Source of the DNA: Vicugna vicugna
Lineage: Eukaryota
Assembly: GCA_013265495.1 (NCBI GenBank)
Contig: MU058423.1
Span: 1,129,061-1,193,060 of the forward strand
Direction of reading: 5' to 3'
DNA length: 64,000 bases
The position numbers were made by a program, and so were the translations under genes. The notes beneath the pieces were generated by a model that searched no databases, was not told the DNA's origin, and was given only the letters and a program-made list of their open reading frames with translations. This document shows, piece after piece, positions 26,726 to 40,043 of the stretch (its first letter is position 1; each line of letters opens with the position of its first letter).

Positions 26726-29700
26726 GTGCAGTTTGAACACCACTTTTCCTAAGTGCCTAGAACCTGGAACAAATATAGTTAGCTGAACCCTTCTCTGGAT
26801 TCTCCTCTAGGGCCCAGAGGCCTTCTGACATCCTCAGTGTGGGTGGAGGGTCTGGTGGATGGGGCGTGGGCGCCAGGAGCAGTTCCCCTTGGCTGGGCAG
26901 GATTTCCTGTTGCTTAGAGTGAAGGAACCTTGACCTCTCTCCTCCCCGCTCGCACTGGCTCTAAGAAAGGCTCCTGAACTCAGACTGTAACTACAGGCCT
27001 GGGGAGTCCCTGGCTGCTTGGTCACAGCTGAAGCCCTGGTAGGAACCCCCCTGGGGACTCGGCTCCAGATCAGCCCAGCCTCCTCCCTATGGCTTGACGC
27101 GGGGAGTTAAGAGCAGCCACCTGGGCTCTGAGCACTTGTTCTTTCTAAGCCTCTGCTGCTGGTTGGCAAGCATCAAGCTCTGTAAAAATATAAGGCTTTG
27201 GGGAAGTGGCCATGGAGCCAAGAGGAAGTAAGTAAAGTGATTTTGTGCAACTCTGCAGGCAGCAGTTGAGTCGGTGAGAGCCAACCCCCAGCAGAAGCCG
27301 CCACCTTCCGCCTGCCTGACATCCTGTCTCAGCGGTCACCTGCACCAGTTCTGGGGCTCCAGAGTCCTTTCCCTGGGCCCCTGCTAGTGCTGCATCTCGC
27401 TGTCATTGCCGGCTGGTTGAAGGGCTTTCCCAGGCTTTTCTGAGAAGCTGTAAAGGGTCAGATGAACCATCTCTGGCCAGATGCTCAGGATTTTCAACAG
27501 AACCCCCAAGGGCAAAGTGGCAGCCTTGTGGTTGAGTTGGGTTCAGTTGTATCAGCCCAAGGTGGCTCCAGGCCAGGGTCCGGGACACAAGAAGCCCTTC
27601 CGCGAGGACTCCAGTTGCTTTTCCCCTGATTCAGGCTCATGGTTCCTTCCAGACCCTCTCCTCCTCCAGGGATTTCAGGTTCTTTTAGTAGAAGTGAAAC
27701 AGACATGGCCTTTCTTTTAGCTGGGAAAATCCACTGAGCCACTTAAGATTTATTCTTAAAAAATGTTTTTGTGGCACCTTGGTCCAACAAAAAGTTTTCT
27801 TTCTGGCTCAGAGCTCCGCCTTGGGGCCCCAGCCCCTCTAGCAGCCTGCTCGCACAAGTGTCTCTGATTGCTCCATCTCTTCCTAACTCAGAGTTGGGGC
27901 TAGACCTACGCTGTACGTGTGCTTTGTTCCCATAATCTTGGTTGCCACTCTCTTTTCCAGACATGAATTTAGAATCTCCAGTTGATAATACAGTGACTCC
28001 AAATCCAGGGACTTCTTACATTTATGAAAGTTTGTTTACATGCTTATTCATTTCCTGAAGCCAGAAGTGTGGCTTCTAATGCCAGATCTGCCAATTCCTC
28101 GCTCTGCAACCCAGGGGCAAGTTACTTAACCCTTCTGAGCCTCGGTTTACTCAGCAGTAATGATGGTATTTATTTCATCAGAAAGCACTGAATGAGAGCA
28201 GGTATATAAGATGCTCAACATAATGGAGGGTGCTTGGCAGGTCCTAGCTGATTTCCTGGCATTCTGTCCCCAGTGCTGAGTTTATGTCCCCTGGTTAACT
28301 CAGGTGTCTTCCTGTTCATTCATTTATCAGTATATGGAGGCCCTACCCACTGCCAGGCTTTGTGGTCGGGGCTAGACATGCAGAAATGAAAAGTGGAGGT
28401 CCCTGCCCTCCAGGAGCTCACAGGACGACAGAGGAGGGTTTGGATAAACACAGCATGGGGTGGGGGTGGTGTCTGCTGAGCTTCCTTCATGGTTCTGTTT
28501 GAGAAGAATCTGGAAGGAAAAGTGCTTCTTTTCTGGGTGGATGCGAGGGAGAAGGGACTTCCTATCCGGAAAAGAGTGTGTGCACATGGAAGAGGAAGTG
28601 AAAGAGCATGCTCTGTGCCTGGGGGGGGGGGTGCACAGCTTGGTGGCACTGATGATTTCCCATGGAAACAGGCGATCGGAGGCTGCAGGGGCTGGGAGAG
28701 CCCATTGCGGAGGGTCTCAAATGCCATCCTGAGCAGTCTGGACTTGATCCTGGGGCAACACGGAGGCCTTGGGGGGATTCGCGTCCGGAGCCTGGTTAGG
28801 AGGCTCAGAAATGAGGAAGGAAGTTACACGACTAAGAGTGGCCGTGGGCTGTGCTGGGGGCAATGGGGAAAGGTGACCATCCGTCCTGGCCTCTTTGTCC
28901 TCTTTCCCCAGCGGCCCTTAGGTGTTCAATCTGGAGGGAGAAGATCACTCAGGGCCCCGTCCTGGGCCAGGATGTTAAGTGACTGTGAAAGCCTTTCCCT
29001 TCACCCCTCAGTTCAGCCCCCCCGAGTGGCGATGGGTTCTGTCTGCACAGAAAACACAAAGGAAGGGCTTCTCTTGTTCACGGAGAGAAAACTCCCCAAG
29101 TTTGTGCAGAGGATTTGGAAACAGTTCCCAGGTGGGGAAAGGTAGCCGGGTCGGTGGCCTCAACTGTGTCCCCAGGCTCTCCTTTCTCCTGTGGGTCATT
29201 CTCTCACAGCCTGTCCTGCCCCCATCATGCTGCCCTTGTGACCGATGTTTGGGCAAAAACCCCTCTCCTCAGTTTCTCTAGCTCAACTGAGACGGTGGTT
29301 CCACCAGGACTCGCCTGGAATCTGAACACACACACGGTCCGGTTTCCAGCTCCAGCTGTCACATGCACCCCTAACAGATGGGCGCACCTCCCGTGGGGTG
29401 GATCCATGGTTCAGGCACTTTTCCTGGTCTCCATGACCTTCTGCCTCCCCCCAGCTTCTGGCCCACAACCACACAAGGGCCATGATCTTTATCTGTCCAC
29501 ATGCAGGAGTTGTCCACTGTCTGACCAGCTCCCGAACATGAAGCAGATGTCTATGCTCAAGTCTGCCATGGCCCAGTCCCTCTGTCCTCGGCCACCCCAG
29601 GCTGGCCTGAGAGGCAGACTGGGGCTACCAGTCCCTCCAGGAGAAACGCTCCTCAGCTGTACCATCGCCACAACCAGGCAACACGCCCCATCCCCACATG

Positions 29701-30845
29701 AGGGTCTTTCTCTCACATGAGGTTATTTGGTGCTGCTGGGTGGCTGAAGGTCGGGGAGGGGGTGGCTGGGGTACATTTTTTACAGTGAGTCACCAAGAGT
29801 GAGAAGGACTTTTTTCGATAGCACGCAGCCTTCTAGAAATCTTGCTCTCCATGACTTCCTTCTCTGAAGCAGAGATAAAGGTGGCAGTCACGTAGAGACA
29901 TATGTGAGAGGCTGCGTTGGAGGCTGGGGGAGTTTTCATGTTTCTAAGGCACAGGGATGTGGGCCCAGCTAACACTGGAAAATGCTGGAGTGACAGAAAT
30001 GCAGCTGGAGAAGGCTGTCCCTTAATGTCTGGGGAGATGGCTCAGGGATACGTGGCAGGGCTAGCAGGGATGAGTGAGCCACGCCAGACAGACTCGGACA
30101 GACTGGGGATGCGGGAGAGGGGGTGGCTGGGTGATGCAGAAGGAGGGCAACTGAAGCAGACCCGGCAGGCCCCGCGCTGAGGCGTCTCACCAGCGCCCCC
30201 ATGAGAAGTGTTTGTTGGTAAAGACCAGAACAGCACTCCTGTGATCATTGTATTTCTGGCTGTACAGAGGTTGGTGCTTAAGGTAAATATTATAAACCGT
30301 TCAGTCCACTGGGTGAGCTTAGGTCCAACTGTTTCTTCTGCTGTCTGTCCAATAACCCTTTGGGGCAGCACTGGGAAGCACCTGAACCGGGTGGACCCCA
30401 AATTCAAGTGTCTGATTCCCAGCAGTTAAGACCAGGTGAGCAACTTCAGGGAGAAGGTCTGATTCCTAGACAGACAGCTGTTCCTGCAGGGCTGGGTCGG
30501 GCTTGGGGCAGGCGGGCAGGAGAGATGCGATGTGATTATGCACATGTGTTCCTCTTTCCCTCCCTCCTGCGTGGCTGGTCATCGCGCTGCCCCATGGTCC
30601 CTCAGATAGGTTTGACACAAGCTGGTTGCCAGCCTGAGGGCATGGTGGGTGTGTGGGCTAATAAGGGGAGATGGAGGGTCAGCAGATGTGAGGCTTATGG
30701 GAGGTGCTGAAGTTTTGCTCATCTGAACAGGGAATCTTAGTTTGTCCTTTTGGCAAAAGATCTTTGATGCAAAGGCTGGGTTCCAGCTGTGCCCAGTGGA
30801 GAGTCAGCTCAGGTGGCCGAATTCCCAGTCCCTGCTGTTACGCAC

Positions 30846-31189
30846 TGTCTGACTCCATCTGGGCTGATGTAATGAAATACCAAAGACTAGGTGGCTTAGG
30901 AACAGGAAGAATGTATTTCTCATTCTTCTGGAGGCGGAGAAGTCCAAGGTCAAGGCACCGGGAGAACCCGTGTCTGGTGAGAGCGTGCTTCCTGGTACTT
31001 AGATGGTGTAAGGAGCGATGGTGCTTTGGTGTGGGGGGGGGTCCTCTCTTAATAAGGACACTAATCCCATTACCGAGGGCTCCACCCTCATGCCCTAATA
31101 ACTTCCCCAAGCCCCCACTCCAAATACCATGACTCTGAGGGTCAGATTTCAACCTATGACTTTTGGGGGAACACAGTCCGTCTAGAGCA
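30846..31189 (-). mobile_element. MLT1 (MaLR) solo LTR immediately upstream of ADORA3
   Basis: AAATACCAAAGACTAGGTGGCTTA...TTCTGGAGGCGGAGAAGTCCAAGGTCAAGGCACC...TTTCAACCTATGACTTTTGGGGGAACAC. Confidence 0.8.
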
Positions 31190-31199
31190 TGCACTCAGA

Positions 31200-31838
31200 A
31201 AGAGTAAATTCTGGCCAAGGTTAGGAGCCAGCCCTCTCAGTCTATTATTTGTTCCTCTGCGTGTTCTGTTTGCATCCTTATCACGGGATCTTTCTGCTAA
31301 GCTAGCAGAAAGCCAGAACATGACGTTGTCGGTGCTCCCAGCTCCTCTCCCACCCAGTGCTGCATTCTTATCTGGCCTCTGAGTCAGTGAATGCTGAGCC
31401 TTCTCCATGCCACGCACACCGCCCCCTCTTCTGCTCTTCCCATCTCCTTGCTGAGTGTCCCTGGCTCTGTGCTTCCTCTTGGCCCATCTCACTTCCTGAA
31501 ACACCACTGAAGAGGGTTGCTTATCTCGATGGAGCTTCAGTAGACCTCCAGGCGCAGGGGAACTAACAGCGGCAGTGCTTTCAGATTCAGCCCACATAGA
31601 ACCGTCCTCCGGCTCCTGGGGCCCCGCACTGAGGCTGGAAGAGGTGGCCCTGTGATGGGCTCTCTCTAAGAACAGGGAGTCCTACTGGAGAAGAGCAGGA
31701 ATGGTCAAGTCGTGAGTTCTGGACTGTGGCTGCTGCACCTGGACCTCTGGCAAGATGTCTGGCAAGAGCTAGGCTCACTGGTTCACACAGATACTTTCGG
31801 CACCCCTGTTGACTGGGAGGCTCTTCTTGGAAAGCAAG
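31200..31838 (+). promoter_or_regulatory. ADORA3: ADORA3 proximal promoter and 5' UTR region
   Basis: Directly upstream of the ATG. GATA motifs TTATCA/TTATCT at 31278, 31368, 31521; ETS ACTTCCTG 31491-98; no clear TATA box. TSS not determinable from sequence. Confidence 0.5.
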
Positions 31839-32188
31839 ATGCCGGTCAACAGCACAACCATGTCATTGGCCAACATTACCTACATCACCGTGGAGATTCT
31901 CATCGGGCTCTGTGCCATAGTGGGCAACGTGCTGGTCATCTGGGTGGTCAAACTGAACCCCAGCCTGCAGACCACCACCTTCTATTTCATTGTCTCCCTC
32001 GCCCTGGCGGACATTGCTGTGGGGGTGCTGGTCATGCCTTTGGCCGTTGTCATCAGTCTGGGCATCACAGTTCACTTTTACAGCTGCCTTCTCATGACCT
32101 GCCTGCTGTTGATCTTCACCCATGCCTCCATCATGTCCTTACTGGCCATTGCAGTGGACCGATACCTGCGGGTCAAGCTCACGGTCAG
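31839..32188 (+). CDS. ADORA3: Adenosine A3 receptor, coding exon 1 (TM1-TM3)
   Basis: [34 protein letters not shown]...LALADIAVG...[22 protein letters not shown]. Donor AG|GTAAAT after 32188 (phase 2). Confidence 0.97.
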
Positions 32189-33834
32189 GTAAATTGCTTG
32201 AAGAGTGGGGGATGTGGGGCTGTGATAGAGGTGCCTGGGAAATGGGGCTACAACATTTAGATCGCAGGCTTTTTGAGTGGAAACAAATCCAAACTGGCCT
32301 CTGAGCTTGAAAGAGGTTCTTTGCACCGTTTGGTGTGTGAGGGGTTTGGCAATGATGAGCTGAGACTCGGGAACTAGAAACAGAAGAACACTCCGATCCC
32401 TCCCCACTGACTAGGGGAGTGTGTGCTCAGTTGCCAGGGGAGAGGAGAGGGTAGGCTAAAGACAATAAAAGCTTGATGTACATTCAATTAGTGAAAAATG
32501 TTCTTGACTTTTAGAAATGATAGAAACATACTAGATAAGATAAGCAGAGAGAAAAGAGGCGATAAAAACGGATGGTTTTGCTCTTTGCCAATATAGGTTA
32601 TTTTAAAGTTTTTTTTTAAGCTTTGCTTCCTCTTCTATGTTGAGAAGGGGACCAAAAAGGTTCTCCACTGCAGAAAGTAGTAACAACCTTTCATGTGACC
32701 ATATGAACAGAACAGAATACCAAATGAAGACATCGAATTCCCCAGATGTCCTGAACTGAATTGGCCTCACGTTCTCCTCTCTTCTTGTGGGGAAAGAGCG
32801 TGGTGAGGGGGCTACAGACAACTTTTGATACAAACAAGCCTGGGTTCAAATCTCAGATCTTGAGGCCTGACCTTGGGCAAGTTACTTAACTTTCTCTGTC
32901 TTAGTTCCTCATCATCGTGATTAAGATGCTCTGAGCTCAGACTCACCTCCTTCCAATTGTAGCTCCACCACTTTGAGTTTGTACAAGTGACTTGTCTGTT
33001 TCACTTTTTTCACCTATAAAATGGGGGATGATAAATGCGCCTTCCTCCTAAGATCAAGTGATGGAAAGCTCTTAGAAAAATGCCTGGCTTACAGTCTATA
33101 CCCAGTGAATGGGAGCTATAACTATGATTTTCACCAGTACCATCAATGAAATGGAAATTATCATAAAAATATCTCCGGTTTGTTGTGAGATTCTTGTTGA
33201 GAGAAAGTCTACAAGTACATAGTACTTAACACAATCTGTTTCCTTCTTGCAGTCTGTGTAGAATGTTGTCAGGAAGAATGGTTTAAGGAGAAATGGTGGC
33301 TTTCATTGGCTGAGTCTTTCTTTCAAGGTCCTAGACACCCTTCAACACAACCTTTGCAACCCCATGGGCTCTAACTGAAACACCAAGTGTGGTGCAAACA
33401 GAGAAGCAGGGGCAGACCCAGATGGAGGCGGGTGTGGGAGAGGCAGGGTGTAATTCATGGACAGAGCACAGCAGTCAAAGCCAACTGCACAGCAGGCAAA
33501 CGTGCTTCGAGGAGACTATTCCTCCCCAGGTGGGCGGTCCCAGGAGACTCCCATAACTTTTACCTCCCAGGAACTGAAGAGTTCTTGGGCTGGAAGTGAA
33601 GCTGTGGGTGGGGTATACAAGCACCTGACTCGAGGCAACTGCTGCTGGTCCACTGTAGATCGTTAAGCGTTGGCTGGATTTTTCTCTAATCGTTGTCTAC
33701 TCCATCTTGTCTTCACATCCAGTAAAGTTTAGCTGCAATCCCCACAGAACAGCAACACCCTGCAGCTCCAGCTCCCCTCTTCACCCTTTAGCAATTCCTG
33801 CTGTGAACTCACTGACTCTCTTCCACTCAAACAG

Positions 33835-34441
33835 ATACAGGAGGGTCACCACTCAAAGAAGAATATGGTTGGCTCTGGGCCTTTGCTGGCTGGTGTCCTT
33901 CCTGGTGGGGTTGACCCCCATGTTTGGCTGGAACATGAAACTGACCTCAGAGTACCACAGAAATATCACCTTCCTTCCTTGCCAGTTCCGTTCCGTCATG
34001 AGGATGGACTACATGGTCTACTTCAGCTTCTTCACTTGGATCTTCATCCCTTTGGTTGTCATGTGTGCCATCTATCTTGACATCTTCTATATCATCCGGA
34101 ACAAACTGAGTCAGAACTTCTCTAGCTCCAAAGAGACAGGGGCATTTTACGGACGAGAGTTCAAGACGGCCAAATCTCTGTTTCTGGTTCTTTTCTTGTT
34201 TGCTTTGTCCTGGCTGCCTTTATCCATCATCAACTGTATCACCTACTTTAATGGCAAGGTACCACAAGTTGTGCTGAACTTGGGCATCCTGCTGTCCCAT
34301 GCCAACTCCATGATGAACCCTATCGTCTATGCTTATAAAATAAGGAAGTTCAAGGAAACCTACCTCTTGATCCTCAAAGCCTGTGTGGTCTGCCAGCCCT
34401 CTGATTCCTTGGACCCAAGCATTGAGCAAGCTTCTGAGTAG
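33835..34441 (+). CDS. ADORA3: Adenosine A3 receptor, coding exon 2 (TM4-TM7, C-tail)
   Basis: Acceptor ACAG| at 33834; [11 protein letters not shown]...SWLP...[12 protein letters not shown]...EQASE*. The two exons total 957 nt = 318 aa plus TAG. Confidence 0.97.
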
Positions 34442-34940
34442 CTGTCCATGAATGATGACTGTCTGTCCCATTGACCTATGGATTCAGCGTCAACACACAC
34501 TTGAGGACCTATCCACCTGGGCCAAGGGCTCTCACATCTTTGATTCCTTCCACTGATGTGGGAAGCATTTGGCCAGCTGCCTCCTATTATACCTTCCCTA
34601 CTACCCTCTTCCTCTAATTTTATTTTTTTCCTTGTCCCTTTTTTCTAATTCAGTTTTCTGGACATCTGACTTGAGAACAACGTCCTACTGTTACTGCTGC
34701 CTGTGTTCCTCCTTCCCAAACAGGAGTCATGGAGTCTGAAGGATGCCTCACTGACTTACTGACAAAGGACCCCAGTCGGGCAGGACATGCACATGAGGGT
34801 GACTCAATTCTACTCCATTGCGGAGCTAAGCAGGGAACTCTGCTCACAGCAGATGCCTGGAAGATGGTGGGAACGAAAGGAGTAAACTGAGTTTAAGGGG
34901 GACTTAAACCGCTGAATTCACCTGTAAATGTATTTGTGTA

Positions 34941-34946
34941 AATAAA
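34941..34946 (+). terminator. ADORA3: Probable ADORA3 polyadenylation signal
   Basis: AATAAA 500 nt after the stop, with upstream TGTA motifs and a downstream GT-rich stretch. Confidence 0.7.
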
Positions 34947-35269
34947 AGATAAGTAACTGTGGTGTAGCTCCTTGCTGGGGTCAGGGTCGCTTGGGGCTTG
35001 AAGACCCAGCTGGCTGCTCCTGGCTCTCAGCCTGGTTTGCTACCTGATGCCATGTGGCACGTTCACCTGTGTAAGCTCTAGGACCCTCACCCGTGGCCCC
35101 AGAACACCCTGTTCCTTTTCCTGGGCAGATCAGAGCATTTGTCATCTTTAGGAACTATCCATCAAGTGATAGAGAAGAAATGATTCTCTCTCTAGAGCTA
35201 AGTCCTAATCATTTCCTCTGGTGTTTTATTTTAATAGAAATAGTAGGAGTGGGGCAAAAAGAGACACTG

Positions 35270-35480
35270 GATAGCTGTTATGTGTTGAACACTTTCTGTG
35301 TGCTAACCATTTTGCATGCATTATCTCTTTTGGTCCTGACAGTCTCTGAGGTACCACCATAATTATCTGCTCTATTTTGCAAAAGGAAAAGCTGAGGCAC
35401 AGAGAGGTTAAGTAACTTGTCCACAATCACACAGTTACTAAGCAGAAGAGCCAGGATTTAAACGCAGCTCTGCCTTATAG
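35270..35480. mobile_element. MIR SINE
   Basis: AAAAGCTGAGGCACAGAGAGGTTAAGTAACTTGTCCA...AGCCAGGATTTAAAC. Confidence 0.8.
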
Positions 35481-35603
35481 GAGAACCCAGGCTTCTTGCT
35501 ACCTATTCTTAGACAGGCAGAGGGACTCGTAACTTCTACAAAGTCCAAACTCTTAAGTTCACCTTATGTACAAATAACAGATACATGGGTACAAATTATG
35601 GCT

Positions 35604-35850
35604 TTTTAAACGTTCTTATTTTCTATCGAAGCATAGTCAATTTACAATGTCAGTTTCATGTGTACAGCAAAGTGATTCACTTATACACATACATCATATA
35701 TGTTTTTTCAGATTCTTTCCCATGACAGCTCAGTATAAGAAATTGAAAGCAGTTCTCTGTGCTATACATTTGGTCCCTGTTGCTTATCTATTCTACATAC
35801 AATAATGTGTATCTATTAATCACAAACTCCTCATCCATCCAACCTCCCCC
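35604..35850 (-). mobile_element. Short L1 3' end, same family as 16385-16596
   Basis: Reverse-orientation match: GTCAATTTACAATG...TGTACAGCAAAGTGATTCA...CTGTGCTATACA...GTTGCTTATCTATT. Confidence 0.75.
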
Positions 35851-37085
35851 AGTAACCAGTTTCAAACTATGGTTTGTATACTCAAGGACTGCTGGAGTTT
35901 TTTTTTGTTGTTGTTTGTTTGTTTGTTTGTTTGTTTTGCTGACCTCTCATTAATCAGGCACCCGACAGGGATAGAGTTCTAGTCACATCATTTGCACACT
36001 GCACGTGGCTCTGGAGATTCACTGTGGCATCCCCAGTTTGGGTGACCCAAATCTGCATCTGTGGACTCCTAAGACAACAAACATATTAACTTGATGACAG
36101 CGGCATGACTGGGATTTCAGTGACACTGCATCAGAGAGGATAAGTGTACTGAAAGTGTACTGGAAAGTTTTTTTCACATTAATTCTTAGCCAATCCTAAA
36201 AGTTTATCCTAACACTCATCTTAGGTCAGAGCCTGATAACTCTTAGTAACATTTCGCTTCAGGGACGTGTCCCAGTGTCTCCTCTCGTCAGCTCAAGAAG
36301 AATCAACACCACCTGGCATGTTTAGAAACTCGCATGTACTTTTCGGCTAATGCCAAACTGAGTTGGTCACCCCATCTACCCACGTCCTGGTACCACTCAG
36401 CATTCTAGGCTGGAGGCAGAGGACTGGACCGCTATTCCTGGCAGTCCCTGGACATGGGAGAGAACTGTCGTCCTGACAATCTCCCCTTGAACATTTTGGG
36501 GTTTTTTTTTTCTTTCAAAAAACAAAACAAGCCTTCCTCACTCTCAGTTTTTTTCTTAATGGTGTCCCCTTGTTTGACTTAAGGCTTTTCCCTGGAAATA
36601 ATTTTTGTGTTTAGTTAAAGTGCTCCTCCAGGGCAAAGTGCTGGATTAACGCTGGGGCGTTGGGTGTCCCCGGCACACTGTTCTGTCCAGGACCCACCTT
36701 TGCCTGGCTGGCGACTTGAGAGAAGCGCTGGTTAGCTCTCAGGCTCTAACCTCGTTGCTGTAGCAACACTTTGCATAGTGAATTGTCCTTTGGACTGAAC
36801 CCAGAAAAGATGAACTAAGACTCACTGCTGAGCAGTTGCGCTGAAAGTGGTGAGACCCACCCTGGTTTCAGGTTTAGAGATTAGTGTCACAGGAGTTTCC
36901 CCGGGTCTATCTCCGGACTAGCTTGCAAGCTAAACATTGTCAAGGATGTCATTTTTAAGAAGGAAGGTATGAACACCACCTGAGGTTTGCTTCTTCCTCT
37001 CCCTCTAGACAAATCCGCTGGACCAAAGGTAGATGTTGAGTAGCTGAACTTATTTACCCCAATTATTTTTTTTAATCAAGTCAAC

Positions 37086-37630
37086 TGTAGAAATCAGCAA
37101 AGACCAACCTAGTGAGAACAGGCATGGGCTGTCTATTCTGAGCTTTCTATAGCAAGGGAGTCAGCCAGTGTCACTGGCATCTTGGCAGAAACTCAGACAG
37201 GCAAAGGAGTAAGAAAGGTCTCTAGTGGGAGAAAAGGGAAGGTGTCATGTGTGCCCTGACTGGACGATGCTGACCTGGAGAAGCTGGAGGTGGCTAACTA
37301 GAAACAGGACATCCTGCATGATTGGTTAGGGGCCTGCTTGGCTTTCTCTGGTTGGTCCCTAGTTGGAAGCAGGACAAAAATTCGGGGAGCTCTCAGTTAT
37401 TAATCAAGTCCTGGCCATTCGGGGCCAATTGTTACAGGGATTATTGTTTGGCTTTCTGGACTGTTACTAGAAATAGTTGTCTGACTTCCTCTAAGTCTGG
37501 TTTATACCAGGCCGACTTCCTGGGCTACTCACTGTAGATAAGGGGCCGGTTTCCTGGGCTGGGTGTGAGCCAGAGTTCTATTTTCACATACCGTCTGTCC
37601 GCTGCCCATTTGCATGTTCAGTTTCTTACA
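37086..37630. mobile_element. ERV-type solo LTR-like element
   Basis: About 545 nt bounded by TGT...ACA with several ATTGG/GTTGG boxes. Family not identified; no clean TSD. Confidence 0.45.
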
Positions 37631-38569
37631 ATCCAATGTACATTTTCTAGAGAAGTTCTGCCCTTAGATACTATGCTGGGTATGATGGGAATAAGGAAGC
37701 TTAGGCTGCCTCTTGCCCCAGCCACTCGGATGATATGGCGTATGTAAATCTCTGTGTAAACGCCACAGCACACTCCAACTTTGCAGTATTGTTACTATTG
37801 GGGAAGCAGAGTAGCGTGACGGAAAGAACATTTTTTTTTTCTTTCAGATTTAGCAACAGATCATGGTAGCTGTACTAGCTGTGTGAGCTTAAACTTAGCA
37901 GTTACTTAAACAGAGCCTCAGTTTGCCTTACTTGTAAAATGGGACTAATAATAACCTGTGTCAAAGTTTTCTTTGTCAGTTTTTTGTTTTTTACTTTTTA
38001 GTATGAAAAATTTCAAACACACAACGGTGGAGAGACTAGGAAAACGAAGGCTCATACATCTATCATCTCGCTTTAATAAGGATCAATTTACAGCCAGCCT
38101 TGTTTCATTAATGCCCCCACCTACTCACCCTACCCTGAGTATCTTGAAATTTGGGATATCAAATTATTTCATCTGTAAACACTTGGATTTGTATTTCTAA
38201 AAAAGTTTTTAAATTTTGGTTTATTCTTATTACCCATTTACCTTCTTTGTTTACATGTCAAATAGGGTGAAAATTAATTCTACCCTTAAGAGGGAGGAAC
38301 AGAACTAATAATATCAACTAATACTCAGAATGCTAATAGACACATCTGCTTATTCTCTGTACCGCTGAGCCTGTGATTTGCTTTAGAATGTTACTGCTTC
38401 ATATCTTGGGCATTTTGCTGATAACTGTACGCAATCCAGCGCACCTTCTGTTGGTACTTACTTTGGTTTCTTGGTGCCATCTCTGAGCAACTCTGAGTGC
38501 TTGTTTTATATGCACCTTTCTCAGCAATAAGGACTGCTTTTAAAAAAACATAACCACAATACCAGTATT

Positions 38570-39045
38570 AATTATTGACTGTCATGTAATGAATTACCCC
38601 CTAACTCAAAGGTTTTAAATGATAATTCTTTATTATCGCTCATGGTTTCTATGGTCAGGAATTCAGGACCATCCTGGGGGGTGGTTCATGCTTGGGGAAT
38701 CTCAAGAGGTTGCTGGAGATTTGATTATGCTGGAGGGTCTACTCCCAAGGTGGGTCCCACGTGTCTGGCAAGTTGATGCTGGCGAGTTGGTTCCTTTCCC
38801 CGTGGGCCTCGCTGCAGGTCTGCTTGAGCATCCTCACAACATGGCGGCTCATTTCGCCAAGAAAGGGAGAGCAGCAAGATTTCTGAGGTGGAAGTTGTGT
38901 GCCTTTTATGACCCAGCCTTGACTCCCATGCCATCACTTCTCCCATATTTTACTGTTCACATGGGCCAGCCCGGATTCAGATTAGGAGAGGACTATACCA
39001 TGGTGTGAATGCCAGGAGCCATCTTAGAAGCTGGCCGTGACAGTG
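38570..39045 (-). mobile_element. Old MLT1 LTR nested in L1ME-like fragments
   Basis: TATTATCGCTCATGGTTTCTATGGTCAGGAATTCAGG...CCTTTTATGACCCAGCCTTG...GGAGCCATCTTAGAAGCTGG. Confidence 0.7.
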
Positions 39046-39659
39046 TCAGGAGCATATCTGAAAAAAACTGTGATGATAATTTCTTACTATCATCAAATAC
39101 CTAGTGATTGTCCAAATTTTCTCAATTGTTTTCTTTAGTCAGGATCCAAATAAGTTCCATACATTGCAATTTTGTCAGTATGTCTCCTAAACCCCCTTTT
39201 AATCTATAGATTCCTGTTTCCTTCCCTTTTTACCCCCTGGCAGTTTAAGTGTTGAACTCATAAAGGTTTCATGATGAATAAATGAGGCGACACAGGGAAA
39301 ACAGCTACCACGATGCAGGTGGCCCCAGCACCATGATGCAGGCCCACCTGGGCCCATATGCTGACTTTGTGTGCATGGGGAAAAGGCCCCCTTCCTCCAG
39401 AGAGGACATTGTGGGAAAGCTGGACAATCACCCACGTCTGGCCCTTGAAGACAAGTGGGATGTGACTAGTAAGCACTCACTTGAATTTACCTGAGGGTGG
39501 TTCCATAATTCAAACTTTGTCAATTGGTGGCCAGGTCTTGTGAGTCCCATTAGGAATCAGGGGAAGCGTCCGCCGCGTGGGCACATCGCCTGCCCAGGAA
39601 AGCCTTCAAGACGTCTGTAGGCTGCAGCCTGACTGCTGACGCCCAGACACCCACACTTG

Positions 39660-40043
39660 CACCTGCTCACGTGCTCCTGGTGCCGCTGACAGCTCTGGGC
39701 TCCGCCCCCGCCCCCGGGACAAGGCTGCAGCATCCACTGGGGGGGGGGCGGGGTACTTCTGAACCTCCTTACTACAATTCCTTTCCACTAAATAGGAATT
39801 GGGCCTCCAAGAGTGGTGGACAGACAAGAGGCCTGGCCTCTGGTGACACCTGGACTATTGGCAGGACAAGCCTCGGTCGCATACAGACAAATGTGTGTCA
39901 GTGATGGTGTGTGCAGGTGCTCTTCTGAGTGTGTACCAGCCCTTGTGCCAGAGTGGATTTATCCAGGAGGGGGCTCTCCACTGCTGTTTTGGTCTCTGTC
40001 AGGAAGCCTAGAATTTTCTCAGTTGCCCCATATTACTGTATAA
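39660..40043 (+). promoter_or_regulatory. TMIGD3: Candidate independent TMIGD3 promoter and non-coding first exon
   Basis: E-box CACGTG 39668-73, GC boxes 39702-15 and about 39744-53, donor GTAAGT 40044-49, branch ACTAAC 40134-39, pyrimidine tract and AG at 40170-71. Confidence 0.4.

Noticed and set aside
28489..29145. 218-aa ORF
   Set aside because: No recognisable family, begins in decayed L2-like sequence, no supporting exon structure; long ORFs are expected by chance in GC-rich DNA.
31712..32260. 182-aa ORF overlapping ADORA3 exon 1 in another frame
   Set aside because: Non-ATG start and runs into the intron; a typical shadow frame of a hydrophobic, GC3-rich CDS.
33707..33834. N-terminal extension of the ORF containing ADORA3 exon 2
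   Set aside because: Intronic read-through upstream of the acceptor at 33834.
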